Numbered from the stretch's first letter, positions 29,093 through 39,840 are shown. The stretch: 64,000 nucleotides of DNA from Spiractinospora alimapuensis (GCF_018437505.1 NZ_CP072467.1:3494010-3558009), one strand, 5' to 3'. The notes: generated from the letters alone by a model not told the origin. Numbers and translations are program-made.

Positions 29093-29794
29093 TCACGCAC
29101 CTGCCGGCGGCTGCCCCAGAGCGGTGGGCTCCGACATCGTGAACGTCGCCTCCACGTCCGCGCGCAGCGTGATCCGCGGGACCCCCACCTCGACCCTTGG
29201 CGGGGGAGCGCCCGGTTCGTCCGGTCGCGCGCCGCGAAACGCTTCCTGTCCGGCCGGCGGCGGGAGGCCCGGCGCGGGTTCGGCCCGCGAACTCAGTCCC
29301 ACGTCGGCGATCTCGCGGAGTCCGGTCAGCGTTCCCCCGAGCGCCTCGGCGTAGGTCCGCGCACGCGTGACGGTCTCCTCCACCGCCTGTGACCGGGCGC
29401 GTCCGTACATCGGCGAGGCGGGTCGAAGTTCCCAGGACGGGCCCACCACCTCGGTGAGGTCCTGGTCCGCGAATTCGCCGATCATCGTGCTCATCGCGTC
29501 GAAGTCCCCGACCGTGAGCCGGATCCGGACGCTGCCGTGGTAGCCACGCACCCGCTCCCCCCGCCCGTGATGGAGCTGGGGGTGAACGTTCAGAACGCCC
29601 GTTTCCGCGTCCTCGACCGCCTCCCCGAAGGACCGGATCCGTGCCAGCACGGCGTCGTTCCGCGCGGCGAGGCGGTCCAGGGCGCGTCGGCGATCCTTGT
29701 CCCGCGCACTCGTGACGAGGGTGAGCCGGGCGATCTCCGGGTCGACCTCCATAACGGCCTCACCTCGGACCCGCACGATGGGCGGTGTCGTCAT
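29093..29794 (-). CDS. SIMPL (DUF541) domain protein
   Basis: The core matches the SIMPL/26-kDa periplasmic immunogenic protein family. Start set at the internal ATG 29794. Confidence 0.65.
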   Translation of the reverse strand: MTTPPIVRVRGEAVMEVDPEIARLTLVTSARDKDRRRALDRLAARNDAVLARIRSFGEAVEDAETGVLNVHPQLHHGRGERVRGYHGSVRIRLTVGDFDAMSTMIGEFADQDLTEVVGPSWELRPASPMYGRARSQAVEETVTRARTYAEALGGTLTGLREIADVGLSSRAEPAPGLPPPAGQEAFRGARPDEPGAPPPRVEVGVPRITLRADVEATFTMSEPTALGQPPAGA

Positions 29795-30124
29795 AGCGTT
29801 CCCCTTCCGTGCTCTCCACGACCCCCGGTCGGGAGGTGAGAGTAGCCCGGCGTCGGCGATGTCCTCGTTTCGCCCGTCGACCCGCGTCGGGCGCACCACC
29901 GGAGCCCCGGCGTTGTTTCACGGAAAACATCGTGACGACACCGCGCTGTAGCGCCCTGTCGACTTGCCGTGATGCCCAAGTGGCCACATCGCGACCCCAT
30001 TGGGCCGAATCCGGTCAGGTGACGCCCTGGCGCCATGGGGGTCGAATGGCGTCTTATAGGGTCGTGCTTCCGCATCGCCCGCCGGGTGGTGCAGTGGCGG
30101 CGGGCGAAGGCGGCAGAACGGCGT

Positions 30125-30805
30125 ATGGGTGAGTTCCTCGATGCGGCACTCGGGTTCCCCACCGTTCTCTTCTCGTTCGCCTTGGTCGTCGTCCTGGCCT
30201 ACTGGCTCCTCGCGCTCCTGGGCGTGCTCGACCTGGGTCTGCTCGACTCCTCCGACGACGGCGACGGTCCAGGCATGGGCGCGATGCTCAGCGCCATCGG
30301 ACTCGGTGGCATGCCGGCCACGTTGTCGCTGTCACTGCTCGTCCTTCTGGCATGGTTCTGCAGCCTGGTTGGGAATGTCGTGATCGATTCCCTCACGGGG
30401 TTGTCCACCCCGATCGTCGTCCTTCTCGGTCTGTTGGTCCTGGTGATCGCCGTGACGATCGCGTGGGGGCTGACCAGCGGCGTGGCCGTGGGCATCCGTC
30501 GACTGTTTCCGACGCGACGGAGCCCGGAGCAGCAGCGTGAGGGCACCCAGGCCATGGGCGCGTCCGCGCGTTCCGCCGGTGAGCTGGTCGGGCGCACCTG
30601 CACCGTGCGCACGCTGCGGGTCGACCAGGAGTTCGGGCAGGCGGAGGTCCTCTCCAAAGACGGCTCCACCATGCTCATCCAGGTCCGCACGATCGACGAC
30701 GACGCCCTCACGTCAGGCGACACGGCGTTGATCTTCGATCACGACACGAAGACGGGTTTATACCGCGTCGCTCGGTTCGACGCCCTGAGCGCTGGAGAGC
30801 CCTGA
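30125..30805 (+). CDS. NfeD-like membrane protein (TM segments + C-terminal OB-fold domain), flotillin partner
   Basis: Several N-terminal TM helices, then a C-terminal beta-rich segment (GRTCTVRTLRVDQEFGQAEV…GDTALIF) typical of the short NfeD family. It lies directly upstream of the flotillin gene, as in the yuaF-floT arrangement. Confidence 0.6.
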   Translation: MGEFLDAALGFPTVLFSFALVVVLAYWLLALLGVLDLGLLDSSDDGDGPGMGAMLSAIGLGGMPATLSLSLLVLLAWFCSLVGNVVIDSLTGLSTPIVVLLGLLVLVIAVTIAWGLTSGVAVGIRRLFPTRRSPEQQREGTQAMGASARSAGELVGRTCTVRTLRVDQEFGQAEVLSKDGSTMLIQVRTIDDDALTSGDTALIFDHDTKTGLYRVARFDALSAGEP

Positions 30806-30991
30806 CCCGAAGAGGCTCGGCGGCGCGCACCCGTGTGCCGCCCGCACCGACCGGGGAACGCGACGTTTCGGCGTCGCGCCCATGAGATCCGCACCTCGAG
30901 CGCGACCAGCCGCCTGACCGACCGCCCCTCGTACCGCCCGCCCCGACCCACCGCTCACGCATCCCCTCAAGGCCAGGGAGTCCAACCCCGA

Positions 30992-33010
30992 ATGGAAGCC
31001 ATAGGTATCGCCGGCGGCATCCTCATCGCCGCTCTCGTCGTCATCGCGCTCGTTCTGCCGATCATGCTCATCCGCCTGTTCCGCAAGGTCAAGCAGGGTG
31101 AGGCGCTCATCATCTCCAAGGTCCGCGACGTCGACGTGACCTTGACCGGTGCAGTGGTCCTCCCGGTGCTGCACAAGGCCGAGCTGATGGACATCTCGCA
31201 GAAGTCCATCATGCTGGAACGGTCGGGGAAGAACGCGCTCACCTGCAAGGACAACATCCTCGCCGACATTCGGATCAAGTTCTTCCTCCGCGTCAACCCG
31301 CAGAAGACCGACATCCTGCGGGTCGCGAAGAACATCGGTGTGGAGAGCGCGAGCAGCCAGGACAAACTGCAGGACCTCTTCGACGCCAAGTTCGAGGAGG
31401 CGCTGAAGACCGTCGGGAAGTTCTTCGACTTCGAGGACCTGTACACCCAGCGCAAGGAGTTCCGCGACCGGATCGTCGAGGTCATCGGCAACGACCTGTA
31501 CGGCTACGTCCTGGAGGACGCGGCCATCGCCGACCTGAAGCAGACTCCGCTTTCGGAGCACGACCCGAACAACATCCTCGACGCCGAGGGCATCACCAAG
31601 ATCACCGAGCGCACGGCCATCCAGCATCGGCGCACCAACGAGCTGCAGAACGAGCGCGACAAGGAGATCAAGCGCAGCGACACGGAGACCGCCGAGACCC
31701 TGGCCGAACTCGAGCGGCAGGAAGCCGAGGCGAAGGCGCAGGCGACGCGGGAGATCGAGACGATCCGCGCCCGCGAGGAGGCCGAGACCCAGCGGGTCCA
31801 GGCCGAGGAACGCCTGAAGGCGCGCACCGCGGAGCTGCGTACGGAGGAACAGCTCGGGGTCCAGCGGGAGAACCAGCAGCGTGAGATCGCAGTCGCGGAG
31901 AAGAACCGCGAGCGGGTCATCGCGGTGGAGAGCGAGCGGATCGAGAAGGACCGCATGTTGGAGACCGTCGCCCGTGACCGCGAGGTCGAGCTCTCCACGA
32001 TCGCCAAGGACAAGGAAGTCGAGGCCGAGAAGCGCGAGGTCGCCGACGTCGTCCGCGAGCGGGTCGCGGTGGACAAGACCGTCGCCGAGGAGGAGGAAGC
32101 GATCAAGCGGCTGCGCGCGGTCGAGGAGGCCGAGCGCGAGCGGCAGGCGATCGTCATCAAGGCGGAGGCCGAGGCGCAGGAGAACCTGGTCAAGGACATC
32201 AAGGCCGCGGAGGCCGCGGAACAGTCGGCCAAGCACCGCGCCGCCGAGGAGCTGACCCTGGCCGAGAGCCGCCAGCAGGCCGCCGACCTCGACGCACGCT
32301 CCCAGATCCGGCTGGCCGAAGGAAAGCAGGCCGAGGCCGCGGCCGAGGGGTTGGCGCAGGTACAGGTGCGCGAGTCCGACGCCGCCGCCCTCGAGAAGGT
32401 CGGCAAGGCGGAGAACACCGTCGCACGTGAGAAGGCCACCATCGAGGCCGACGCGATCGCCGCGAAGCTCAAGGCCGAGGCCGAGGGGCTGAACGAGAAG
32501 GCGAGCGCGATGGCCGCACTGGACGAGGTGAGCCGGGAACACGAGGAGTACCGGCTCCGTCTGGACGCGGAGAAGGAGGTGCGCCTGGCCGGGATCGACG
32601 TCCAACGGCACGTCGCGGAGGCGCAGGCGACGGTGCTCGCCTCCGGTCTGGAGAGCGCCGACATCAACATCGTCGGCGGCGACGGCATGTTTTTCGACCG
32701 GATGGTCAACTCGATCGGCCTGGGCAAGGCGGTGGACGGGTTCGTCGGCAACTCCGACGTGGCGCAGTCGCTCGCCGGGTCGTGGTTGAACGGTGACTCC
32801 GACTTCACCGCCGACCTGTCCCGACTCCTGGGCTCAGTGAACACCGAGGACGTCAAGAACCTGACGGTGTCCGCCCTCCTGGTCAAGCTGATCCAGGGTG
32901 GCTCCCCGGAGTCGGACAAGCTGCAGGCGCTCCTGGACAAGGCACACACACTCGGCGTGGCGAACCACCGCGTGGCCTCTCTCGCCGCTGTTGACGACAC
33001 GAAGCGGTGA
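30992..33010 (+). CDS. Flotillin (SPFH/band-7 domain) family protein
   Basis: N-terminal TM, SPFH domain, long E/A/R-rich coiled-coil (EAEA) region and a conserved flotillin C-terminus. 672 aa from ATG 30992. Confidence 0.85.
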   Translation: MEAIGIAGGILIAALVVIALVLPIMLIRLFRKVKQGEALIISKVRDVDVTLTGAVVLPVLHKAELMDISQKSIMLERSGKNALTCKDNILADIRIKFFLRVNPQKTDILRVAKNIGVESASSQDKLQDLFDAKFEEALKTVGKFFDFEDLYTQRKEFRDRIVEVIGNDLYGYVLEDAAIADLKQTPLSEHDPNNILDAEGITKITERTAIQHRRTNELQNERDKEIKRSDTETAETLAELERQEAEAKAQATREIETIRAREEAETQRVQAEERLKARTAELRTEEQLGVQRENQQREIAVAEKNRERVIAVESERIEKDRMLETVARDREVELSTIAKDKEVEAEKREVADVVRERVAVDKTVAEEEEAIKRLRAVEEAERERQAIVIKAEAEAQENLVKDIKAAEAAEQSAKHRAAEELTLAESRQQAADLDARSQIRLAEGKQAEAAAEGLAQVQVRESDAAALEKVGKAENTVAREKATIEADAIAAKLKAEAEGLNEKASAMAALDEVSREHEEYRLRLDAEKEVRLAGIDVQRHVAEAQATVLASGLESADINIVGGDGMFFDRMVNSIGLGKAVDGFVGNSDVAQSLAGSWLNGDSDFTADLSRLLGSVNTEDVKNLTVSALLVKLIQGGSPESDKLQALLDKAHTLGVANHRVASLAAVDDTKR

Positions 33011-33017
33011 TCGCCGC

Positions 33018-36000
33018 GTGACCGATGTGAGTGACGGGCCCTCCTCCACCGAGGAGGGCCCCTCCCCCGACTCCGGATCCACCCTCGACGCCGGAACCTA
33101 CGAGATCCTCCGCGGCCGCCTCGCGGAACAGGCCGCCGAACTGTCCCGGCGCGCCGAGCTGCTGAACACCCGTCGGCTGGAGGTCTTCGGCTCCAGTGAG
33201 CTGCGGCTGCTGGGCACCGAACGTATCCGCACCGAGCACAACTGCGTGCCGCGGGACATCGTCGCCGTGGGCGGGCTGATGATGTTCGGCTACAACGTGT
33301 TCATCGGCCTCAAACCAGAGACCACGGTCAGCGACGTGTTCGCGACGTACTCCTTCGAGCGGAAGCTCGAGGGTGACGGTTTCCGGTTCGTCGAGGCCGA
33401 GCACGAGGAGCTGCCGGGGCTGCTCGCCGACTCCCAGTTCCTCCGCGACTTCGGTGAGCTGTACCGCTACTACAAGGACACCCGGCTCATGCAGCTCCGC
33501 CGGGTGGAGGGCAAGCTCCTCGCGGTCTTCCAGATCGGTCTGCGCACCGACGACACGCGGGTGCTGCGTTGGGCGGTGACCCCGCGCGGCGAGGTCTCCT
33601 ACCGGGACAACCGGGGCGACCGCGATCACGTCTTCCCCGCCCCTCACGACTTCACGTGGGTCGAGACCACCCGTGAGGACCACGTGCTCGGGCGCCATCC
33701 CCACATCTCCATCCTGGACAAGGTGTTCGTGGAGACGGTCGGGGGTGACCTGACCGTCAAGGTGGAGAACAACACGGAGGTCGGGGCCGGCATCTACAGC
33801 GAGCCGGTCGACGAGCCGCTGCAGAGTCTGGCCGACGCCGACGTCCACTACGCCGAGGTCGGCCCCCTCATCCTGATCAGGATCCGGCCCTACAACGAGA
33901 CCACGCGGCGCCACCTGGTGTTCAACACCCGCACCAACGAGGTGGTGCGGCTGGACGGCATCGGCCGCGCGTGCCGTCGTCTCCCCGAGGACCAGGGCAT
34001 CATCTTCCCCGGCGGCTACTACCTGGCCACCGGTGCCTCCACGACCTTCGACACTGACTTCACCGACCTGGAGTTCGAGCGGACCATTCGCTCGCCCAAC
34101 GGTGAGGACGTGCTCTACGCCTTCCACGGACGCGAGGAGGGACGCAGCCTGCTGCTTCCCTACAACGTGATCCGCAAGGAGGTCGCCAACCCGATCGACT
34201 GCCACGGATACTCGCTGTTCGACGACGGCACGCTGGTGCTGTTCCGGAGCACCAGCGACGAGCCCACGCGGGTCCATCCTCTTCAGGTGTGGTCGACACC
34301 GTTCGTGTCCGACGTACACGCCGCCGCCCAGCCCACGGGGACCGGTCCGTTGGAGCGGGTCGGCAACGCCGACCTGGTGCGGGGGATCTCCGACGCGCTG
34401 TCGATCACCCGCATGGTGGACGAGATGTCCCCGTCCACCGCCGTGTTCGAGGCGCTCATCGCGGCCTGCCGGCGGATCGGCGACCACTACCACTGGCTGG
34501 GCGAGGAGGAACTGGAGGCTCTGGCCGAGCCGGTCCAGGAGGTACGCGCCACCGCCCGTCAGGTCCTGGAGGAGTTCGAGAACGTCCAGGCCCTGACCCG
34601 GCAGGCCGCCGAGGCCCTGGAGACCGCGGAGACGGAGATCGCCTCCTTGGTCCGCCGCGCCCGCTCCGAGGACGGTGACAGCGCCGACGCCTGGGTCACC
34701 CTCCTGGCCGAGGTGCGCCGCGCCCAGGGGCGGGTCGTGACCCTCGGCGAGATGCGCTACGTCGACGGCGACCGGGTCGCCGACCTGGGACGTCGACTCT
34801 CCGAGGAACTGGACGCGACCGGCCAGCGGGCGGTGGACTTCCTGCGACGGGAGGAGGCGTTCGCCGCGTACCACGTCGAAGTGCGGCGGCTGAGCGACGA
34901 CGCCGAGGCGATCACCTCCGTCGCCGCCGCCGAACCGGTCGCGGAACGCCTCGCCGAGCAGACCGAGGGGCTGGAGGTCGTCACCGAGGTCATCGACGCC
35001 CTGGACATCGGCGACGCCCAGGTCCGCACCGCGGTGCTCGAACGGATCGGCGAGGTGGCCGGGGCGGTCAACCGGGCCCGCGCCGCACTGGGGGCGCGAC
35101 GACGCGAGCTGATGGACTCCGAGGGCCGTGCGGAGTTCGCCGCGGAGTTCGCCCTCCTCGGCCAGGCCGTCACCGCCGCACTGGCCGCCGCCGACACCCC
35201 CGACGCCTGCGACGACCAGCTCGGCCGGCTCATGCTGCGGTTGGAGAACCTGGAGTCGCGGTTCGCGGAGTTCGACGACTTCCTGGCCGACCTGACCGCC
35301 AAGCGCGAGGACGTCTACGAGGCCCTGTCCGCGCGCAAGCAGGCGTTGCTGGACGAGCGATCCCGCCGCGCCGACCGGTTGGCGTCCTCGTCCGAACGGA
35401 TCCTGTCCGGGGTCCGGCGTCGTGCCGCGGCGCTGGAGACCATCGACGACATCAACACCTACTTCGCCTCCGATCCGATGGTCGCCAAACTTCGGTCGAC
35501 CGCGGAGGAACTCCGCGCCCTCGGTGACACGGTGCGCGCGGAGGAACTGGACGGCCGGGTCAAGACGGTCCGCGAGGAGGCCGGCCGGGCACTACGGGAC
35601 CGGGTCGACCTCTACGACGATGGCGGGGAGACACTCCGGCTGGGGCGCCACCGGTTCGCGGTGAACACCCAACCCATCGACCTGACCATGGTGCCGCACC
35701 AGGGAGAGATGGCGATCACGGTGACCGGCACCGACTTCCGCCAACCGGTGCGTGACGCCGACTTCCAGGAGACCCGCGCCTTCTGGGAGCGGCTGTTGGT
35801 GTCGGAGTCCCCCGAGGTCTACCGGGCGGAGTACCTCGCCGCGGGGATCCTCGCCGACGCCGAGGCCGGTGTGGACGCCCCGTCGATCGCCGAACTGTCC
35901 GAGGCGGCGTTGGGGGACGGCGACGCGTTGTCCGCCATCGTGCGCGGGGCGGCCGAGGCCCGCTACGACGAGGGATACGAGCGTGGTGTCCACGACCACG

Positions 36001-38033
36001 ACGCCGCCCTGATCCTCCGGGCGGTGTTGCGCCTGCGCGCGGCGGCCGGGCCGCTCCGCCACGCGGCCCAGGCTCGCGCCGCGGCCCGGCTCTTCTGGGC
36101 GTTCGGCGCGGAGCCGGAGTCCCGCACGGCGTGGCAGACCCGGTCGGTGTCCCTGGCCCGGGCCCGCGACGTGTTCGGACCGCGTTCGTCGTCGTCGGCG
36201 CTCGGCGCACTGCACGACGAACTGGCCGACGCCGTCGGCCAGTTCCTGGACTCCTCAGGGGTGCCGACGACCGCCGCGACCGCGGCCGGCACCTACCTGG
36301 TGGAGGAGCTGGCACAGTCCCCCACCGGCTTCGGGGTCAGCGCGGAGGCCCGCTCCCTGCTGGACGGGTTCCGGTACGCCCTCGGCGGACCGACCGCCGC
36401 TGCCTACAAGGAGTTCACCTCCGATCTCGCGGCGCTGGGCGGGCTGGCGGAACGGCACCAACTGGCCTCCGCCTGGATGGGCGCCTACACGGCGACCCTC
36501 GACGGCGCCACCCCTCCGAGGGAGGTGGTGGACGAGGCGGTCGCGGTGGAGTTGTGCGGAACCGCGGTCCCGCGGTACGACTCCTCCGCCGAGCTGACGG
36601 CGACGGTCGAGGGGGTGCTCGGCGCGCATCCGCGGATCAGCGAGCGCCGGGTCAAGCTGCGTCTGGACGAGTTCCTCGAGCGCACGCGGAGATCGCGCGA
36701 GGAGGACGCGCCCGCGTTCCGTGCCTACCTGCGACGGCGCAACGAGCTGGTGGAGGCCGAACGGTCCCGACTCCGCCTGGAGGAGTACACGCCCAAGGTG
36801 ATGAGCGGGTTCGTCCGCAACCGTCTCCTCGACGAGTCCTACCTGCCACTGATCGGCGACAACCTGGCCAAGCAGCTCGGCGCCACGGGGGACGGCAAAC
36901 GCACCGACAACAACGGCCTGCTCCTCCTCATCTCTCCGCCGGGGTACGGAAAGACCACCCTGATGGAGTACGTGGCGAGCCGACTCGGTCTGGTGTTCGT
37001 GAAGGTCAACGGCCCTGCCCTGGGCCACGCGGTCACGTCCCTGGATCCCGCCGACGCGCCCGACGCCACGGCCCGGCAGGAGGTCGAGAAGATCGGGTTC
37101 GCCCTGGAGATGGGCAGCAACGTACTGCTGTACTTGGACGACATCCAGCACACGAACCCGGAACTGCTGCAGAAGTTCATCTCCCTCTGTGACGGCCAAC
37201 GCCGGATGGAGGGAGTGTGGGAGGGACGCACCCGCACCTACGACATGCGCGGCAAGCGCTTCGCCGTGTGCATGGCGGGCAACCCCTACACCGAGCAGGG
37301 ACAGCGGTTCCGGATCCCGGACATGCTGGCCAACCGGGCCGACGTCTACAATCTCGGCGACGTTCTCTCCGGCAAGGACGACGTGTTCGCGCTCAGTTAC
37401 ATCGAGAACGCGCTCGCGGCCAACACCGTGCTGGCTCCCCTGTCCGGCCGCGACCGGGGGGACATCGAACTCCTGGTGCGGATGGCCTCCGGCGACGGCT
37501 CGGTGCACTCCGATCGCCTGTCCCACCCGTACTCGCAGGTGGAACTGGAGCAGATTCTCGCGGTGCTGCGCAAACTGCTCCGGGTGCAGCAGGTTGTGCT
37601 CGCCGTGAACCAGGCCTACATCGCCTCGGCCGCGCAGTCCGACGACGCCCGGACCGAACCGCCGTTCCAACTCCAGGGCTCCTACCGCAACATGAACCGG
37701 TTGGCGGAGCGCGTGGTCCCGGTGATGAACGAGGCCGAACTCGAGGCCCTGATCGACGACCACTACCTCGGCGAGGCCCAGACACTCACCGCCGGGGCGG
37801 AGGCCAACCTTCTGAAACTCGCCGAACTTCGTGGCACCCTCACCCCGGAACAGGAAGAACGCTGGACCGAGGTCAAGTCCGCCTACCTCCGCACCAAGGC
37901 CCTCGGCGGCGACGGCGAGGACCCCGTGTCCCGAGCCATCGGCGCCGTCGGTCTCCTCGCCGACCGGGTCGGCGACGTCCAATCCGCGATCGAACGCGCC
38001 TCGGACCGGCCGTCGGGGTCGAACGGGCGGTGA
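33018..38033 (+). CDS. Giant (~1,670 aa) protein: N-terminal beta-rich region, long coiled-coil middle, AAA_5 (MoxR/dynein-type) ATPase module near the C-terminus
   Basis: GTG starts 8 nt after the flotillin stop. Walker A ISPPGYGKTT, Walker B LLYLDDIQH, sensor CMAGNPYT and an RF arginine-finger region are present. The frame is uninterrupted for 5 kb. Confidence 0.7.
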   Translation: MTDVSDGPSSTEEGPSPDSGSTLDAGTYEILRGRLAEQAAELSRRAELLNTRRLEVFGSSELRLLGTERIRTEHNCVPRDIVAVGGLMMFGYNVFIGLKPETTVSDVFATYSFERKLEGDGFRFVEAEHEELPGLLADSQFLRDFGELYRYYKDTRLMQLRRVEGKLLAVFQIGLRTDDTRVLRWAVTPRGEVSYRDNRGDRDHVFPAPHDFTWVETTREDHVLGRHPHISILDKVFVETVGGDLTVKVENNTEVGAGIYSEPVDEPLQSLADADVHYAEVGPLILIRIRPYNETTRRHLVFNTRTNEVVRLDGIGRACRRLPEDQGIIFPGGYYLATGASTTFDTDFTDLEFERTIRSPNGEDVLYAFHGREEGRSLLLPYNVIRKEVANPIDCHGYSLFDDGTLVLFRSTSDEPTRVHPLQVWSTPFVSDVHAAAQPTGTGPLERVGNADLVRGISDALSITRMVDEMSPSTAVFEALIAACRRIGDHYHWLGEEELEALAEPVQEVRATARQVLEEFENVQALTRQAAEALETAETEIASLVRRARSEDGDSADAWVTLLAEVRRAQGRVVTLGEMRYVDGDRVADLGRRLSEELDATGQRAVDFLRREEAFAAYHVEVRRLSDDAEAITSVAAAEPVAERLAEQTEGLEVVTEVIDALDIGDAQVRTAVLERIGEVAGAVNRARAALGARRRELMDSEGRAEFAAEFALLGQAVTAALAAADTPDACDDQLGRLMLRLENLESRFAEFDDFLADLTAKREDVYEALSARKQALLDERSRRADRLASSSERILSGVRRRAAALETIDDINTYFASDPMVAKLRSTAEELRALGDTVRAEELDGRVKTVREEAGRALRDRVDLYDDGGETLRLGRHRFAVNTQPIDLTMVPHQGEMAITVTGTDFRQPVRDADFQETRAFWERLLVSESPEVYRAEYLAAGILADAEAGVDAPSIAELSEAALGDGDALSAIVRGAAEARYDEGYERGVHDHDAALILRAVLRLRAAAGPLRHAAQARAAARLFWAFGAEPESRTAWQTRSVSLARARDVFGPRSSSSALGALHDELADAVGQFLDSSGVPTTAATAAGTYLVEELAQSPTGFGVSAEARSLLDGFRYALGGPTAAAYKEFTSDLAALGGLAERHQLASAWMGAYTATLDGATPPREVVDEAVAVELCGTAVPRYDSSAELTATVEGVLGAHPRISERRVKLRLDEFLERTRRSREEDAPAFRAYLRRRNELVEAERSRLRLEEYTPKVMSGFVRNRLLDESYLPLIGDNLAKQLGATGDGKRTDNNGLLLLISPPGYGKTTLMEYVASRLGLVFVKVNGPALGHAVTSLDPADAPDATARQEVEKIGFALEMGSNVLLYLDDIQHTNPELLQKFISLCDGQRRMEGVWEGRTRTYDMRGKRFAVCMAGNPYTEQGQRFRIPDMLANRADVYNLGDVLSGKDDVFALSYIENALAANTVLAPLSGRDRGDIELLVRMASGDGSVHSDRLSHPYSQVELEQILAVLRKLLRVQQVVLAVNQAYIASAAQSDDARTEPPFQLQGSYRNMNRLAERVVPVMNEAELEALIDDHYLGEAQTLTAGAEANLLKLAELRGTLTPEQEERWTEVKSAYLRTKALGGDGEDPVSRAIGAVGLLADRVGDVQSAIERASDRPSGSNGR

Positions 38034-38115
38034 GTTCGACGGGCGGCGGGGCTGTCGGTTCGTGTTCCGCGGGGGCGGGGAGGACGTCGTCTCCTCCCTG
38101 CCCCCGCGGTTCGGA

Positions 38116-38841
38116 TCAGTCGGGGAGGATCCGGCGCAGAATCAGCCGCTCGCCCAGGGCCCACCCGGTGGAGACCAGCAGGTAGAGACCGGCGGCCAGG
38201 GGGACGAAGGCGGCGACCACCGCGGTCATGTACGGCAGGTAGGTGACGATGCCCGGCATCTGCGGCGTCGCCGCGCCGGTGCTCACGGCGGCGTTGTCCC
38301 GCATCGTCGGCACCATGACGTAGCGCCGCTGCGCCCAGGCGATCACCGCGAGGAACGCGATGATCAGCACGAAGACCGGCTCCACCATCGCCCCCTGGGA
38401 CGTCGCGGTCAGGGTGGCCCCCAGCTCCACACCGCCGAAGGTGTCCGACAGCAAGGCGTTGTCGGCACCGGAGGCTCCGACGAAGACGCCGTACAGGGCG
38501 AGGACGATGGGAATCTGCACGAGCCCCGGCAGGCACCCGGCGAAGGGCGAGGACCCCGCCTCGGAGTAGACCTTGCGCTGCTCGGTCATCATCCGTTGGG
38601 GGTCTTTCCGGTACCGGGTGCTGATGCGGGCGAGATCCGGTGCGATGCGTTTGCGCACCTTCTCGGCGCGCACCTGGGAGACGGCCACCGGCACCAGCGC
38701 GAGACGCACCGCGACGGTCAGGAGCACGATGGACAGCCCCGCCGCACCGGCGGGGACGACGGGTGTGAGTGCTGAGGAGATCGCGACCAGGGCCGAGGAC
38801 AGTAGGTCCATGGCGGCCGCGACGGGGGCAAGACTGTACAA
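38116..38841 (-). CDS. yidC: YidC/Oxa1 family membrane protein insertase (short form)
   Basis: 5-TM insertase core (…PFAGCLPGLVQIPIVLALY…). TTG start with a GAAGGG RBS. Confidence 0.8.
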   Translation of the reverse strand: MYSLAPVAAAMDLLSSALVAISSALTPVVPAGAAGLSIVLLTVAVRLALVPVAVSQVRAEKVRKRIAPDLARISTRYRKDPQRMMTEQRKVYSEAGSSPFAGCLPGLVQIPIVLALYGVFVGASGADNALLSDTFGGVELGATLTATSQGAMVEPVFVLIIAFLAVIAWAQRRYVMVPTMRDNAAVSTGAATPQMPGIVTYLPYMTAVVAAFVPLAAGLYLLVSTGWALGERLILRRILPD

Positions 38842-38944
38842 GGGTGGGCCCTTCGTCCGGAACGGGTGTTGTCACTGGACGTCGGGCCGCTCGCTCCCTC
38901 TCCCGTGGAGAGAGACCTACGGTTGGGAGAATTGGGAGAAGTGG

Positions 38945-39256
38945 TCAGCGAGCGGCCACGAGGGCCGCTCCCGGTGCTCTGGGCCGGGGCCGACCGGGCG
39001 TGTCGGGCGCCCGCAGCGGAACGACCTGTAGTCGTTCGGACTTGCGGCGCATGGCACGTACGGCGTCCGGAGCGGCGTCTCCGGCGGGCCAGGACGAGAA
39101 CCCACGCACCAACCGCAACGCGAGAAACGCCGCCGCGGTAACCGCGAGCAGCGCGAACGCCCCGGACATCCCCGGCGTTCCGGGAGCCGCGGCGGAGAAC
39201 TCGAACGGCAGGGTCCCCAGGTATAGGAACTCCAAGAGGGCGATGACGAAGTGCAC
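38945..39256 (-). CDS. Hypothetical small membrane protein
   Basis: 103-aa ORF with a GTG start preceded by GGGAGGAGGGGG. It has two hydrophobic helices and is co-directional with yidC. Confidence 0.35.
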   Translation of the reverse strand: MHFVIALLEFLYLGTLPFEFSAAAPGTPGMSGAFALLAVTAAAFLALRLVRGFSSWPAGDAAPDAVRAMRRKSERLQVVPLRAPDTPGRPRPRAPGAALVAAR

Positions 39257-39744
39257 GTTCCCCCTCCTCCCAACCGCGTCACCCGCAGTCTACGGTCACC
39301 CCACCCCCCAACGCCGGGGGCCCGTCCACTTCCGGACACCAACGCCGGCCCCGAACCCTCGACCCAGGCCTCGACCGTCTACGGCGGAGGGAGCAGAGAC
39401 GTGGTTGCCACACGGGCCCGGCGCGGAGCGCCCAAGCAAGCAGAGGGGGTACCCCAACGAGCACACCGGACGCCCCGCGAGCAGGTTCACCACAGCCAGC
39501 CCGCGGGCCCACCTGTGTCCAGGCCCTCGATCTCCTGCGGCGCCGAACGGATTCGCTTACGGCAAGCTGCCACGGACCGCTCCAGCCACCAGAGAGCGGG
39601 TCCTCCACAGCACGCCGTACACGCAGAGCCACCACCGGACGCTAGACCGAGCCACCTTCGCTCCAGGCCCTCGACCACCACCAACGCCCAGCCAACATTG
39701 CCACGCGGGGGGCATGGGGGGTCGTCCCCCCAACAAACACAAAC

Positions 39745-39790
39745 AAGACGACCCTGCGAGGCTGCCTTAGCAGCCGAGCAGGGTCGTCTT
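39745..39790. terminator. Nested stem-loop (13-bp perfect stem AAGACGACCCTGC/GCAGGGTCGTCTT, 20-nt loop containing GGCTGC/GCAGCC); likely the native tRNA-Ile terminator left at attL
   Basis: Perfect complementarity was seen directly. It lies immediately downstream (tRNA sense) of the displaced 3' tRNA-Ile fragment. Confidence 0.45.
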
Positions 39791-39796
39791 AGAGTC

Positions 39797-39840
39797 GCGT
39801 GGGCGTACGTGGACTTGAACCACGGACCTCATCCTTATCA
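39797..39840. repeat. attL: 44-bp direct repeat (3' portion of tRNA-Ile, anticodon loop to 3' end) identical to 49960-50003
   Basis: cgtgggcgtacgtggacttgaaccacggacctcatccttatcag is identical at both sites. The left copy cannot fold into a complete tRNA. Confidence 0.85.

Noticed and set aside
36255-37982. 575-aa reverse-strand ORF inside the giant ATPase gene
   Set aside because: Antisense GC3 artefact.
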